Shown here: in pieces, positions 54,085 to 62,907 of the stretch
Layout: every line of letters begins with the position of its first letter
Numbering within the stretch: the first letter of the stretch is position 1
IMG/VR virus record: IMGVR_UViG_3300028393_000019
Coordinates: 62,001-126,000 of that record
Length of the DNA stretch: 64,000 bases
Reading direction: 5' to 3' (one strand)
The notes under the pieces: generated by a model
Told to the model about the DNA's origin: nothing
What the model saw: only the letters and a program-made list of their open reading frames with translations
The model's database searches: none
Translations under genes and position numbers: made by a program

Positions 54085-54402
54085 CTATTTTGTCAACTCA
54101 CAGCCCCACTTGACCCACCAATATGTGTAGTCTTTTGGACTGAGTTCTGCTAGAATTGTGTAAGTCCAACCAAATGAGCTAGGGTCAATTAGTCTATGCC
54201 AGCTGGGAGTTTGTACAGCGTTAGCCATTACCCATTCGCCCATTTCGGTATTTTGCCATTGCCAAAGTGGTTCAGCCGCATATAGGTCTGGATCTTCTAC
54301 ATCGCCCATTCTAAACTTGTGTACAACTACAGTCAGCGGACCATGTGCTTCTATATGTTCTACTGTGGTAAAGTCGCCGTTGGGCAATGGTATCACGTTC
54401 AT
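54085..54402 (-). CDS. Hypothetical protein (W-rich family)
   Basis: DVEDPDLYAAEPL.W motif. Confidence 0.8.
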   Translation of the reverse strand: MNVIPLPNGDFTTVEHIEAHGPLTVVVHKFRMGDVEDPDLYAAEPLWQWQNTEMGEWVMANAVQTPSWHRLIDPSSFGWTYTILAELSPKDYTYWWVKWGCELTK

Positions 54403-54695
54403 CCTGGGAACATGACCTTGAATAGACTGTGTATCTTTGCATCACGGAACATAAACACTACGTGATGGCTTGATCCGCCCATGTCTTGAAATGGCAGTGT
54501 AGCACCAAACCATTTACCTGCCCAAGCATTTGGATATAGTTGCGAATACATAGGGCCAAACGATTGTTTGCACCAATCGGCCATTTCTCGTAATTCAGTT
54601 GTACTCCTGTTACCGTCATACATTTCGTGTATCCAGCCATCGTGTTTGAGTTGGGATGCTATGCGCATCTCTTCTCGTTCTTGTGTTATTGCCAT
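54399..54695 (-). CDS. Hypothetical protein (W..FG...FRD family)
   Basis: Coupled ORF. Confidence 0.75.
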   Translation of the reverse strand: MAITQEREEMRIASQLKHDGWIHEMYDGNRSTTELREMADWCKQSFGPMYSQLYPNAWAGKWFGATLPFQDMGGSSHHVVFMFRDAKIHSLFKVMFPG

Positions 54696-54701
54696 GCTAT
54701 G

Positions 54702-54899
54702 TTACCATCTTAATTCAAACCATATCCAATCTTGTTCATCTCTGAAATAGATTCTATAGTTGCTGAACCACCAGCGTGGGCCAGGGGGTCCAAATGATTT
54801 GTTAAGCCATTCAAATAGGTCAGGAGTAACCTTGTCTACTTCCACTACATCGTAAGTATGATTTGTTTCTACTTGTATTGGAATCATACACTTCCCCAA
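54702..54899 (-). CDS. Small protein (WF.LRW family)
   Basis: IYFRDEQDWIWFELRW. Confidence 0.8.
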   Translation of the reverse strand: MGKCMIPIQVETNHTYDVVEVDKVTPDLFEWLNKSFGPPGPRWWFSNYRIYFRDEQDWIWFELRW

Positions 54900-55165
54900 C
54901 GCAGTCTAAACCAATTGGCATCTTGTAGGCTTTCAAACATAAAGTCACGCCCATTACGTTCAAAAGAGTTCTTGCAATTATCTTCTAACCAATGAGTGAT
55001 ATCAATGGCATGATTGTTATCTATCAGTCGCGGCAACATAACACGACACCAACCGATGCCTTCAAGCATGCCCCATAGTATTTCTCTATCAATTTCCCTA
55101 GCCATCTCATTACCCAAATTATCGGCTATTTCATCTTCAATACTGTTTCTAGCCATGGTTTGCAT
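54884..55165 (-). CDS. Small protein (WF.LRW family), start uncertain
   Basis: FMFESLQDANWFRLRW; GGAGG RBS near 55165/55156. Confidence 0.75.
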   Translation of the reverse strand: MQTMARNSIEDEIADNLGNEMAREIDREILWGMLEGIGWCRVMLPRLIDNNHAIDITHWLEDNCKNSFERNGRDFMFESLQDANWFRLRWGSV

Positions 55166-55623
55166 GCCTCCCAGGTACGATAGATATGTGAGTGGCCACC
55201 AGCATTTTCCCATTCCTCACAGTTGCTGATACGGTCATCGATTAGGATGTCGCCAGGCTTACAATGCTTCCACTTGTCATGACTGTAAGGACCAAACAGC
55301 ACAGGAATACGTTCAAAACGTTCTGTTGCCCACAATACTTTGTCATAGGCCGCATATGGTACACTATAGTCGTGTGGCAATGCTGTGAGGAAACGCAGGT
55401 CGTCTGCTAGTCCATTTGCTACAGCTTCACGGCAAAAGTTAACTAGATCATGTGCACCTGGCTTGACGGGCAAGTCACGATAGAAACGTGCTTTGGCTTT
55501 GACCTTGTTCCAATCTGCCTCTGGAATACGTTCGCCATACTCCCAATTACGATTGACAATGGCACGTGCCGCTGGCATCCAGTTTGCTACAACATCATCC
55601 ATATCTAAATATATAATCATCAA
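55126..55623 (-). CDS. 5'(3')-deoxyribonucleotidase, HAD superfamily
   Basis: IYLDMDDVV, FLTALP, KxxW and ILIDDR motifs. Confidence 0.88.
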   Translation of the reverse strand: MMIIYLDMDDVVANWMPAARAIVNRNWEYGERIPEADWNKVKAKARFYRDLPVKPGAHDLVNFCREAVANGLADDLRFLTALPHDYSVPYAAYDKVLWATERFERIPVLFGPYSHDKWKHCKPGDILIDDRISNCEEWENAGGHSHIYRTWEACKPWLETVLKMK

Positions 55624-56015
55624 GGAGCTCCATAAGGGTTGGCCATTGAAGAACTGGTTATAGGATCCGATTCCACAAACTTAGCAAGTATATCAAAGTT
55701 TTGTTCTGCACGTAGGATGGCCTTGTAGGCATTCTGCAGGGCTGGATTGTTTTCAATTAGTTTGGCACGGCCTAGTTCAAGCTCACGTTGATCACGTGCC
55801 CATTTGAGTATGGCTTGGCTTTCACCGTTAAGCTCTACCGTTGCATAGCTGGTGCTCATAGTAATCCAATTGTTACCATCAAACACCTGCATATCACTGC
55901 CGCTAAGACGCAACATGCCTTGCATGGGGTTGCTGATGTTTTGGTTAACATAGGGTACGCTGGTATTGCCACCGTTTACATTTAGGCCAGGGCCGGCCAT
56001 TAGTCCTTTAATCAT
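55620..56015 (-). CDS. Hypothetical protein
   Basis: QVFDGNNW motif; coiled-coil C-terminus. Confidence 0.8.
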   Translation of the reverse strand: MIKGLMAGPGLNVNGGNTSVPYVNQNISNPMQGMLRLSGSDMQVFDGNNWITMSTSYATVELNGESQAILKWARDQRELELGRAKLIENNPALQNAYKAILRAEQNFDILAKFVESDPITSSSMANPYGAP

Positions 56016-56232
56016 CTAGTGACCCCGGCTTGTGCAAGTGATCACTCCAGCGAAGTACAAACCATTCTCTGTGTGCTTCTTTCTTGAAGCTCCAAAGATT
56101 CTCAGTCATGCTCATACCAACGCCTTCTGCTTCTGCCCAGTGTTGCATGTCTTGTATCAATTCAGGTGTTAGCTCGCCTTTTTCAAATACCAGTCCTGGT
56201 AATCGAAACATTCCTACTTCTACATTTTTCAT
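56008..56232 (-). CDS. Small protein (WF.LRW family)
   Basis: WSFKKEAHREWFVLRWS. Confidence 0.8.
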   Translation of the reverse strand: MKNVEVGMFRLPGLVFEKGELTPELIQDMQHWAEAEGVGMSMTENLWSFKKEAHREWFVLRWSDHLHKPGSLDD

Positions 56233-56233
56233 A

Positions 56234-56473
56234 TCACATGGGCACTATGACTTCAGGCACAATGAATACTGGAGTGCGATCACGATAAGCATCAAACACG
56301 TATCCGTCTTTGTTCAGTGCCTCTAGGGTCTTGTCCAATGTGTCAGCATTGGCTACACCTGCTACACGATTTTGTCCATTGATCAACATATAGTCTAGTG
56401 TGTCTTTGGGTGTGTAACTGTCTGTGGCTGTGGTTTGAAAACGGAATATATGTTCTAGTTCTGTTAATGTCAT
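56234..56473 (-). CDS. Small hypothetical protein
   Basis: Start moved to 56473 (MTLTELEHIF), AAGGAG RBS; N-terminus resembles 53288..53485. Confidence 0.7.
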   Translation of the reverse strand: MTLTELEHIFRFQTTATDSYTPKDTLDYMLINGQNRVAGVANADTLDKTLEALNKDGYVFDAYRDRTPVFIVPEVIVPM

Positions 56474-56483
56474 TTGCTTCTCC

Positions 56484-56699
56484 TTAATATCCGGGTGCGG
56501 AATAATCTTTGTGTTTCTTATACAGTGCAAACCCATCTGCACCATATGCAGGACAGACCAATACATATTCATACATGCCGTCGTCCTGTTGTTTACCAGC
56601 TTTGCCGCAGATAAAAGGACGATCAACGCCATATAGTCGTTTAAGCTCTTCGGTGAGCCTAGCATTTTCTGCACGTAGTTGTTCTAATTCATTGTCCAT
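56484..56699 (-). CDS. Small hypothetical protein
   Basis: VCPAYGADGF motif. Confidence 0.75.
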   Translation of the reverse strand: MDNELEQLRAENARLTEELKRLYGVDRPFICGKAGKQQDDGMYEYVLVCPAYGADGFALYKKHKDYSAPGY

Positions 56700-57015
56700 T
56701 TATCGTCTCTGAAAACTTCAATAGAAACATAGTATACTTGCGCTCACTGTAAAAGTCAAGGCAAATGGCATACTCGTTAACATATGATCTATGAAAGTCA
56801 GCATCCTTTTGAGTTTCATACCGCAAGGTGTCACTCATTTCATACTCCTTCAATTCTTTCGGAGTCTTGAGTCTATATCCACTGTGTTCGCGTACAGTAA
56901 AGCCCAAGATCTGTTTCATCCTGTTGCGCAACATAAAGACACTTTTTGGATGTTCTTCGTGAAGCTGTTCTTTGATCTTACGCCATTTGCTAGGCGTTAG
57001 TTTTAAAGTACTCAC
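56689..57015 (-). CDS. Hypothetical protein (LDF.SE...F.LKF family), start uncertain
   Basis: GTG at 57015 chosen to limit overlap. Confidence 0.7.
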   Translation of the reverse strand: MSTLKLTPSKWRKIKEQLHEEHPKSVFMLRNRMKQILGFTVREHSGYRLKTPKELKEYEMSDTLRYETQKDADFHRSYVNEYAICLDFYSERKYTMFLLKFSETINGQ

Positions 57016-57304
57016 TGAAGTCTCTTTCTTCCCACTGATCAGTAGTGTAGTTCCAATGTCTAGTATCATAGATACGGAAACTGATTCCATATCCTAGCAA
57101 ACCTATACTGAGTTCAAATCCCGCATGATCTTCTTGCGAACTGACAGTGACGTCCATGTCAAACAGCGCAAGACTGTAGTAACAGTGTTCTAGTTCCCAA
57201 GCCTTGTGTTTGGTCAACTTGCCGCTGATACAGCCCAACGATTTGAATTTGTCCCAAGTGTCAAACGGATTGGTCAATTGAGTGCGTAGTGTAAATATTT
57301 TCAT
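56990..57304 (-). CDS. Hypothetical protein
   Basis: HKAWELE and DTRHWNY motifs. Confidence 0.8.
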   Translation of the reverse strand: MKIFTLRTQLTNPFDTWDKFKSLGCISGKLTKHKAWELEHCYYSLALFDMDVTVSSQEDHAGFELSIGLLGYGISFRIYDTRHWNYTTDQWEERDFSEYFKTNA

Positions 57305-57546
57305 TTTAGTCTAAACTGTTCTAATATTTGATTGGCTTCTGCATATTCCAAACTCATTTCAGCTTCGATAGCCAGTTCATGTGCTTTGAGCTGTAGCTCT
57401 GCTGAGTAAGCATCCATCAGCTCTTGTGCATAGGCTCTGTCGTCCGCATCTGCCTGCGCCCAAAAAGCCTGGAAGTCATCGCCTTTGACATTGAGCAGAA
57501 AGTTGAGATTGTCTCTATCCCAATCATTAGTAATTAAGCCTCGCAT
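57301..57546 (-). CDS. Small hypothetical protein
   Basis: DRDNLNFLL motif. Confidence 0.8.
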   Translation of the reverse strand: MRGLITNDWDRDNLNFLLNVKGDDFQAFWAQADADDRAYAQELMDAYSAELQLKAHELAIEAEMSLEYAEANQILEQFRLK

Positions 57547-57911
57547 GCTAGTTCCTTTACATGTTTACAAGTACCGCGAAATGTGTAACCAGGGCAAGTA
57601 CAGGTGTTTTCATCTGTGTTCACTTCGTACCAAGTGTTGGGTTTTGAACCCTGCACCTTCTTGATAAACAGCAATGGCTCAGCCACATCAATGTGTGCTT
57701 TTAGCAATTTGGCCCAATTGTTGAACGGATTGGGTTCTACCTTTTCAAACTTGCGTCCTCGCTTGTCAAAGCCTTTGATTGGCTGTTTGAAAAAGTAAGG
57801 CTCTAGTTCGCCCTGCTTGATATAAGCGATAAGGTTGTTGCTGTCCAGCAAGTAGGTATGATTTGGGCATTTGGTATCACCCCAATCAGTTGTTTCCTTG
57901 TATGCTTCCAT
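57534..57911 (-). CDS. Protein with C-terminal SWIM-type zinc finger
   Basis: CTCPGYTFRGTCKH. Confidence 0.8.
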   Translation of the reverse strand: MEAYKETTDWGDTKCPNHTYLLDSNNLIAYIKQGELEPYFFKQPIKGFDKRGRKFEKVEPNPFNNWAKLLKAHIDVAEPLLFIKKVQGSKPNTWYEVNTDENTCTCPGYTFRGTCKHVKELACEA

Positions 57912-57943
57912 TGCGTGCCTTTCTATGATTGCCTAATACGTAT

Positions 57944-58023
57944 ATTATACAGTCATTTTGAAACAAAGTCAAGAGCATTTTGGCTATCTGGTCCTTGACA
58001 TTGTTCATTTTTGGTACTATAAT
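57944..58023. promoter_or_regulatory. Back-to-back divergent sigma70 promoters
   Basis: Minus: TTGACT-17-TATAAT (57944-57972); plus: TTGACA-17-TATAAT (57995-58023). Confidence 0.85.
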
Positions 58024-58039
58024 AAGCACATCATCAATT

Positions 58040-58921
58040 ATGAAAGACAGCATGAAACGCTCAAACATCAAGGACGCTTTTGGCGGTGAAGTACCATTTA
58101 CCAAATTTATCGCTAGCGATCAGGAAACTTCTAGACGATTGCTGACTGCATTGGATCTTAGTTATGAGGACGGCTATAATATAACACCAGAAGAACATAC
58201 TACACATTCAAAACGTGTTGACCTTGTGGTACGCGATAGAGATCAGGAAATATTCCTTGTGATCGAAAGCCAAGATGCCAGCGGTTGGTTAGATGCTGTA
58301 CATGCCAGTAAGATTACATATTATATGTACGACAAGAAGTGTGATGATGGTGTATTGATTTGTGAAGATGCCGATGAACACATCAAGGGATTCGTCAAAT
58401 GGCTAAATGAAAATACGCCACTGCGTATCACTTTAGTCAATGTGGTTATTTTTGAACTCAAAGACAGTCCGCATTGTGAGTTTATACCTTTGATTAGACC
58501 CAGTCAGATGGCAGACAAGAAAGTTGTTCGACGTGCATCTAACACAACTGAAGGTGAAACACAAGGACATTTTGATCATTTGGCACAGGTGTTTAATGAC
58601 AATCCGGGTATGTTTACCAATCAAACCGGACGTTATGTCAGCAAGAATAACGTAGCCGGTCTGGGTGTTAACGTGGGCATTGTGCCTTATCGTAATGAAG
58701 GATACTATGTTGATATTTGGCATGCTGGCAAGTATGACAACGACACATTCCGTAGGACTTTTAGCGATGTTTGCAATCAAAACGGTTATGAGCCCAAGTT
58801 CCAAAAATCTAGAGCCTATGTCAACGGAGACAAGGTTGTAACTTTGGATGGAGCCATGCAAGCATTTAAGATGATGGTCAATGGCTTAGAAAATAAAGAG
58901 ATCCTAGTACAGCCCGAGTAA
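58040..58921 (+). CDS. PD-(D/E)XK nuclease-like protein
   Basis: E...RVDLV...VIESQ...H..ITY pattern; start moved to the first ATG after the promoter. Confidence 0.55.
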   Translation: MKDSMKRSNIKDAFGGEVPFTKFIASDQETSRRLLTALDLSYEDGYNITPEEHTTHSKRVDLVVRDRDQEIFLVIESQDASGWLDAVHASKITYYMYDKKCDDGVLICEDADEHIKGFVKWLNENTPLRITLVNVVIFELKDSPHCEFIPLIRPSQMADKKVVRRASNTTEGETQGHFDHLAQVFNDNPGMFTNQTGRYVSKNNVAGLGVNVGIVPYRNEGYYVDIWHAGKYDNDTFRRTFSDVCNQNGYEPKFQKSRAYVNGDKVVTLDGAMQAFKMMVNGLENKEILVQPE

Positions 58922-58929
58922 ATATCTTC

Positions 58930-59748
58930 ATGAAGATATTAGTAACTGGCCACGAAGGCTTTATTGGACGCAACATGCTGGCCTGGCTCCATCAAGAGGA
59001 CGGCTGGCATGTTGACGGCTACGAGTATGATCCTAATGTTTTTCCAGATGTAAGTTCATATGATTGGGTCATACACTTAGGCGCCATTGCCGATATGACC
59101 TACACAGATGTAGAGCAAATACTCAAACAGAACTTGGAGTTTAGTCAACGACTGTTTCACGATTGCAATCTGCACGGTGTTAACCTACAGTATGCCAGTT
59201 CTAGTTCAGTTTATGGTGATACCAAAGACTTTAGTGAACTGGCGCCGTGCAATCCACAAACACCTTATGCATGGAGCAAGTTCCTATTTGATCGTTGGGT
59301 GTTCCAACAAGATGTAAAGATATATGTACAAGGGTTTCGTTACTTCAATGTATACGGCAAATGGATGCACCTACGTGGCAAACGTGCCAATGCTATAGTC
59401 AAGTGGCGCGATCAAGCACGTAAGGAAGGCAAAATCACTGTATGGGAAACAGCAGAACATATCAAACGTGATTGGACTTGGGTTGGCGATGTTTGTCGCT
59501 TGCACATAGACTTTATTAAAACAGTCAACGGATCAGGTATTTGGAATTGTGGCGCAGGACTGGCACACAGTTTTTTAGATATAGCCGAAGAGATAGCCGA
59601 ACAAGAGGGTGTAGAGCTAGAGTTCGTTCCTGTGCCTGAAGCAGAAAAAACACGTTTTAGACACAGAACCAAAGCAGATCTAACACATTTAAAAGAAACA
59701 ATAGGCAAACGCAAGTGGCTAAATGTATTTGAGTTTCTAGCACAATAG
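58930..59748 (+). CDS. hldD: ADP-L-glycero-D-manno-heptose 6-epimerase-like extended SDR
   Basis: VTGHEGFIG, HLGA, YASSSSVYG, YAWSK and FRYFNVYG. Confidence 0.8.
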   Translation: MKILVTGHEGFIGRNMLAWLHQEDGWHVDGYEYDPNVFPDVSSYDWVIHLGAIADMTYTDVEQILKQNLEFSQRLFHDCNLHGVNLQYASSSSVYGDTKDFSELAPCNPQTPYAWSKFLFDRWVFQQDVKIYVQGFRYFNVYGKWMHLRGKRANAIVKWRDQARKEGKITVWETAEHIKRDWTWVGDVCRLHIDFIKTVNGSGIWNCGAGLAHSFLDIAEEIAEQEGVELEFVPVPEAEKTRFRHRTKADLTHLKETIGKRKWLNVFEFLAQ

Positions 59749-59767
59749 AAACAATAAATACATTACT

Positions 59768-60187
59768 ATGCGAATATCCGAACTATTAAACGAATCTAAA
59801 ACAGACAAAATTGCTCCTAGTAAGCCACGCAATTTCGTGGCTAAGAATGCCAAGGGCAGTGGTTCTGGCGCACACAAAGACAAGAGTAAAACTATTCCTC
59901 GCAAGGAAAAGCACAAGAAGTCTATGCCTGTATGCGAGCATTGCGGTGAACTGCATGAAGTCCAGTTAGATGAGCATGGCAAGGCCAGCAAACAGCTATG
60001 TCAAAGTTCAAAACCTGACAGCGAACTGGGTGCCAGTAATCTAGCATCATGCAAGAGTCAAGGTCTACGTGCTCGTGATGGTGAGAAGAGTCACAAGCTG
60101 GGCAAGAGTCCCAAAAGCCGAATCAAAGTAGGCGGCCATCGTATCAAAGGCAAGAAGTACGGCGGACCTTTGCCTGACTGGAGTTAG
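59768..60187 (+). CDS. Basic protein, possible internal head/DNA-binding protein
   Basis: TAAATA upstream; MRISELLNES; Lys-rich. Confidence 0.75.
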   Translation: MRISELLNESKTDKIAPSKPRNFVAKNAKGSGSGAHKDKSKTIPRKEKHKKSMPVCEHCGELHEVQLDEHGKASKQLCQSSKPDSELGASNLASCKSQGLRARDGEKSHKLGKSPKSRIKVGGHRIKGKKYGGPLPDWS

Positions 60188-60188
60188 G

Positions 60189-60701
60189 ATGAAAGTTACG
60201 GAACTGGTTCAAGAAAGTTCGTGGGATGAATTCCTAAGCAAAAGTCTCGGTGATGTTACCGGTGGCGGATCTGTCGGTTCCTTACTGAGTAAATCATCTG
60301 ATAAAACAGACATCAGTAAACCATACATCGGTTACAAGACAGGTAAGATGATCCGACCAGTTGATGCTAAGGCAGGCAGTCCTTTTGGCCCTAGGCATGG
60401 CCAATCTCATAATGGAACAGACTTTCCGGTACCAACCGGCACTCCTGTTAAATCGCCCGAAGACGGCGTTATTAAAAAAACAGGATCAGACAGAATGAAT
60501 GGCAATCATGTGGTTATCTCAAGCGGAAACAACGAACACTGGCTCTTACATTTGTCTAAGATCAATGTATCCAACGGACAAAAGGTCAATCAAGGAGATG
60601 TGGTTGGTTTATCAGGCAGTACTGGTAAATCAACAGGACCGCATCTACACTGGGAAGTTCATGTTGCCGGCCGTCCAGTAGATCCAACCACCGTGGCTTA
60701 A
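60189..60701 (+). CDS. M23 family peptidase
   Basis: HNGTDF, HWLLHL and STGPHLHWEV. Confidence 0.9.
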   Translation: MKVTELVQESSWDEFLSKSLGDVTGGGSVGSLLSKSSDKTDISKPYIGYKTGKMIRPVDAKAGSPFGPRHGQSHNGTDFPVPTGTPVKSPEDGVIKKTGSDRMNGNHVVISSGNNEHWLLHLSKINVSNGQKVNQGDVVGLSGSTGKSTGPHLHWEVHVAGRPVDPTTVA

Positions 60702-60705
60702 CAAT

Positions 60706-61317
60706 ATGAAAATAACAGAACTGGTACGTGAAAGCTCATGGGACGAATTTCTGAGCAAGAGTCTTGGAGATGTAACTGGTGGAGGATCTGTCGGTTCATT
60801 GCTTGGTCCATCTGGTAACAGCAAAACAAGTGACACTAGTTCAGACACAGACTCAAGCACAGCAGGTGCAACATCGGCTCGTGTTGACAAAGACGGATCT
60901 ATTGTGATAGGCAATCAAAAACGCAGTGGCGGTACAATATCTTGGAGAGCAAACAACCCGGGTAATGTCATGTACGGCGCATTTGCCAAGAGCCACGGAT
61001 CAATAGGATCGGCCAAAGCTGCCGATGCAGAACCTGTTGCCATCATGCCAACTCTGGATCACGGTATTAAAATGCAGATGGCACTGTGGCGCAGGCCCAT
61101 GTACAACAATTTGACCATTGACAAAGGAGCTCAGCAATGGGCTGTTGCTGTCAAGAAACAAGGACGCGGATCCAAGTATGCTCGAGACCTTGCCGCAGGA
61201 GCAGGTGCAACCATTGATACTAGAGTTTCGGATCTATCCGATGACCAACTCAAAGGATTGATCAAGGCTCAGATGCACTGGGAAGGATTCAAACCAGGAA
61301 CAGTGACCACAGTTTGA
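60706..61317 (+). CDS. NNPGN-motif lysozyme-like protein
   Basis: WRANNPGN...HWEG; shares N-terminal leader with the M23 gene. Confidence 0.65.
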   Translation: MKITELVRESSWDEFLSKSLGDVTGGGSVGSLLGPSGNSKTSDTSSDTDSSTAGATSARVDKDGSIVIGNQKRSGGTISWRANNPGNVMYGAFAKSHGSIGSAKAADAEPVAIMPTLDHGIKMQMALWRRPMYNNLTIDKGAQQWAVAVKKQGRGSKYARDLAAGAGATIDTRVSDLSDDQLKGLIKAQMHWEGFKPGTVTTV

Positions 61318-61335
61318 TCTGCAAGTAAATATCTC

Positions 61336-61884
61336 ATGGAACTAATAGGTAATTTATTAATCGCACCACCGGCTGTGAAAACCAGCTTCTGGCACAAGAG
61401 TGTTATCATGATCACAGAGCATCATGGACAAGGCAGTGTGGGACTTGTGCTGGGCAGACGCAGTGAACTCACTATTAAACAGTTTGGCGCACAGTTGGGT
61501 TTCACTATCAATCAACCTGGACACTTGTATGTGGGTGGTCCAGTCAACAGTCAAAGTCTCAGCTTCTTGCACACCAGCGAATGGTTCAGCAAGAACACCA
61601 TGAAGATCACTGATCGATATTCAGTAAGCTCAGCAGAAGATATACTGCCCAGAATGGCCATGGGAGATGTACCAATCAAATGGCGCTTGTTCTTGGGCAT
61701 GTGTGGTTGGGGTGCAGGTCAGTTGTTGGGCGAGTTGAAGGGTATCGCACCTTGGAATCATGCCACCAGTTGGTGTACGGCCACAGCCGACATGGATCTA
61801 ATATTCGAAAATGACGGCAAAGATCAATGGTGTACAGCTTTGGATCGTTCTGCACAAGAATTTGCTCATAACACGTTAGCGTAA
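61336..61884 (+). CDS. yqgE: YqgE/AlgH (DUF179) family protein
   Basis: LLIAPP, SVI..EH...GSVGLVL, YVGGPV, FLGMCGWGAGQL..E and W..AL. Confidence 0.88.
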   Translation: MELIGNLLIAPPAVKTSFWHKSVIMITEHHGQGSVGLVLGRRSELTIKQFGAQLGFTINQPGHLYVGGPVNSQSLSFLHTSEWFSKNTMKITDRYSVSSAEDILPRMAMGDVPIKWRLFLGMCGWGAGQLLGELKGIAPWNHATSWCTATADMDLIFENDGKDQWCTALDRSAQEFAHNTLA

Positions 61885-61890
61885 TCATTG

Positions 61891-61919
61891 TTGACATAAG
61901 TACATTATGAGCGTATAAT
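61891..61919 (+). promoter_or_regulatory. sigma70 promoter TTGACA-17-TATAAT
   Basis: Perfect consensus. Confidence 0.85.
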
Positions 61920-61966
61920 GTATACTTCATAGGTTGGGTCTGTAACACAATCAAAAGAGGTTTATT

Positions 61967-62482
61967 ATGGCAGATACTCTGCTACTTAATGCTGATGGCT
62001 TGCCCGTAAGTTACATGCCATTAAGCACACTAATTTGGGAAGACGCTATCAAATACATGGTTCTAGACAAGGCCGATGTGTTGATGTGGCATGACGATTG
62101 GATTGTACATTCAGCCACGTGGGAAACGCCTGTACCCAGTGTTATGATGCTTCGTGAATACATGAAGCCAAAAGTCACAGTTCGATTCAGTCGTGCCAAT
62201 ATCTATCTACGTGACAATGCCACTTGTGCCTACTGTTTGAAACCTGTTGAACGCAAAGTGGCCACTCTGGATCATGTGCTACCGGTCAGCAAAGGCGGCA
62301 AGACCACTTGGGAAAACTGTGTAACAGCCTGTGCACCATGTAACAGTCACAAGAGTGATACTACCAAAGGATGGAAGCCCAAATTCAAACCTTACAAGCC
62401 AGACTTCTACGAACTAGTAAATAAGCGTAAGAAAGAAGCATTTAACTTAAGGTACGAAGAATGGCTACAATTCATCCGGTAA
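61967..62482 (+). CDS. HNH endonuclease (McrA-like)
   Basis: RD..TCAYC, TLDHVLP.SKGG..TWENCV.AC..CN..K. Confidence 0.92.
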   Translation: MADTLLLNADGLPVSYMPLSTLIWEDAIKYMVLDKADVLMWHDDWIVHSATWETPVPSVMMLREYMKPKVTVRFSRANIYLRDNATCAYCLKPVERKVATLDHVLPVSKGGKTTWENCVTACAPCNSHKSDTTKGWKPKFKPYKPDFYELVNKRKKEAFNLRYEEWLQFIR

Positions 62483-62895
62483 AGAAGTTCTTATGGACAG
62501 TCCTAGGCTTTTTAAGTCTAGGCATGGCGTATGTTGGGCTGGTCACGCCCGGCATACCCTACAGTTGCTTTGTGGTGGCCGCGGCCTACTGTTTTGCCAA
62601 GGGCAACGAACGTATGCATCGTTGGCTATACAATCATAAGATCTTCGGCCCGTTCCTTACCAACTGGAATACCAAGCGTGTGTTCCCTACCAAGATGAAG
62701 TTCTTCATGCTGGCCATGATGAGCTCTAGCTTGATCATCATGAGCTTTACTGTTCCCGTTAAGGGCGTGATCTATACAGGTATCTTTATGCTGTGTGTGG
62801 CCATATGGGCTTGGCGTTGGCCCGGTAGTGTAGAAGAACACGATCGACGCATCGCAGAGGGCCGTAAGATAGGCTGGTTCAACAATAGCTTCTAA
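62461..62895 (+). CDS. ybaN: YbaN/DUF454 family membrane protein
   Basis: G...PG.P...F..AAYCFAKG..R.H.WL..H..FGP. Confidence 0.85.
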   Translation: MATIHPVKKFLWTVLGFLSLGMAYVGLVTPGIPYSCFVVAAAYCFAKGNERMHRWLYNHKIFGPFLTNWNTKRVFPTKMKFFMLAMMSSSLIIMSFTVPVKGVIYTGIFMLCVAIWAWRWPGSVEEHDRRIAEGRKIGWFNNSF

Positions 62896-62907
62896 GCTAA
62901 ATATTGT

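Noticed and set aside
54884-55165. Major capsid protein fragment (AREIDREIL resembles gp23 AEINREV)
   Set aside because: Short helix match in a small early ORF whose C-terminus belongs to the WF.LRW family.
61967-62482. Mobile homing endonuclease or intron
   Set aside because: Free-standing McrA-like HNH with its own promoter; it interrupts no gene and no intron structure is visible.
155-62841. Many overlapping alternative-frame ORFs in the supplied track (for example 285..548, 8900..9277, 32047..32361, 46181..46564, 58433..58861)
   Set aside because: They are shadows of better-supported genes, lacking RBS/promoter support and recognisable motifs.
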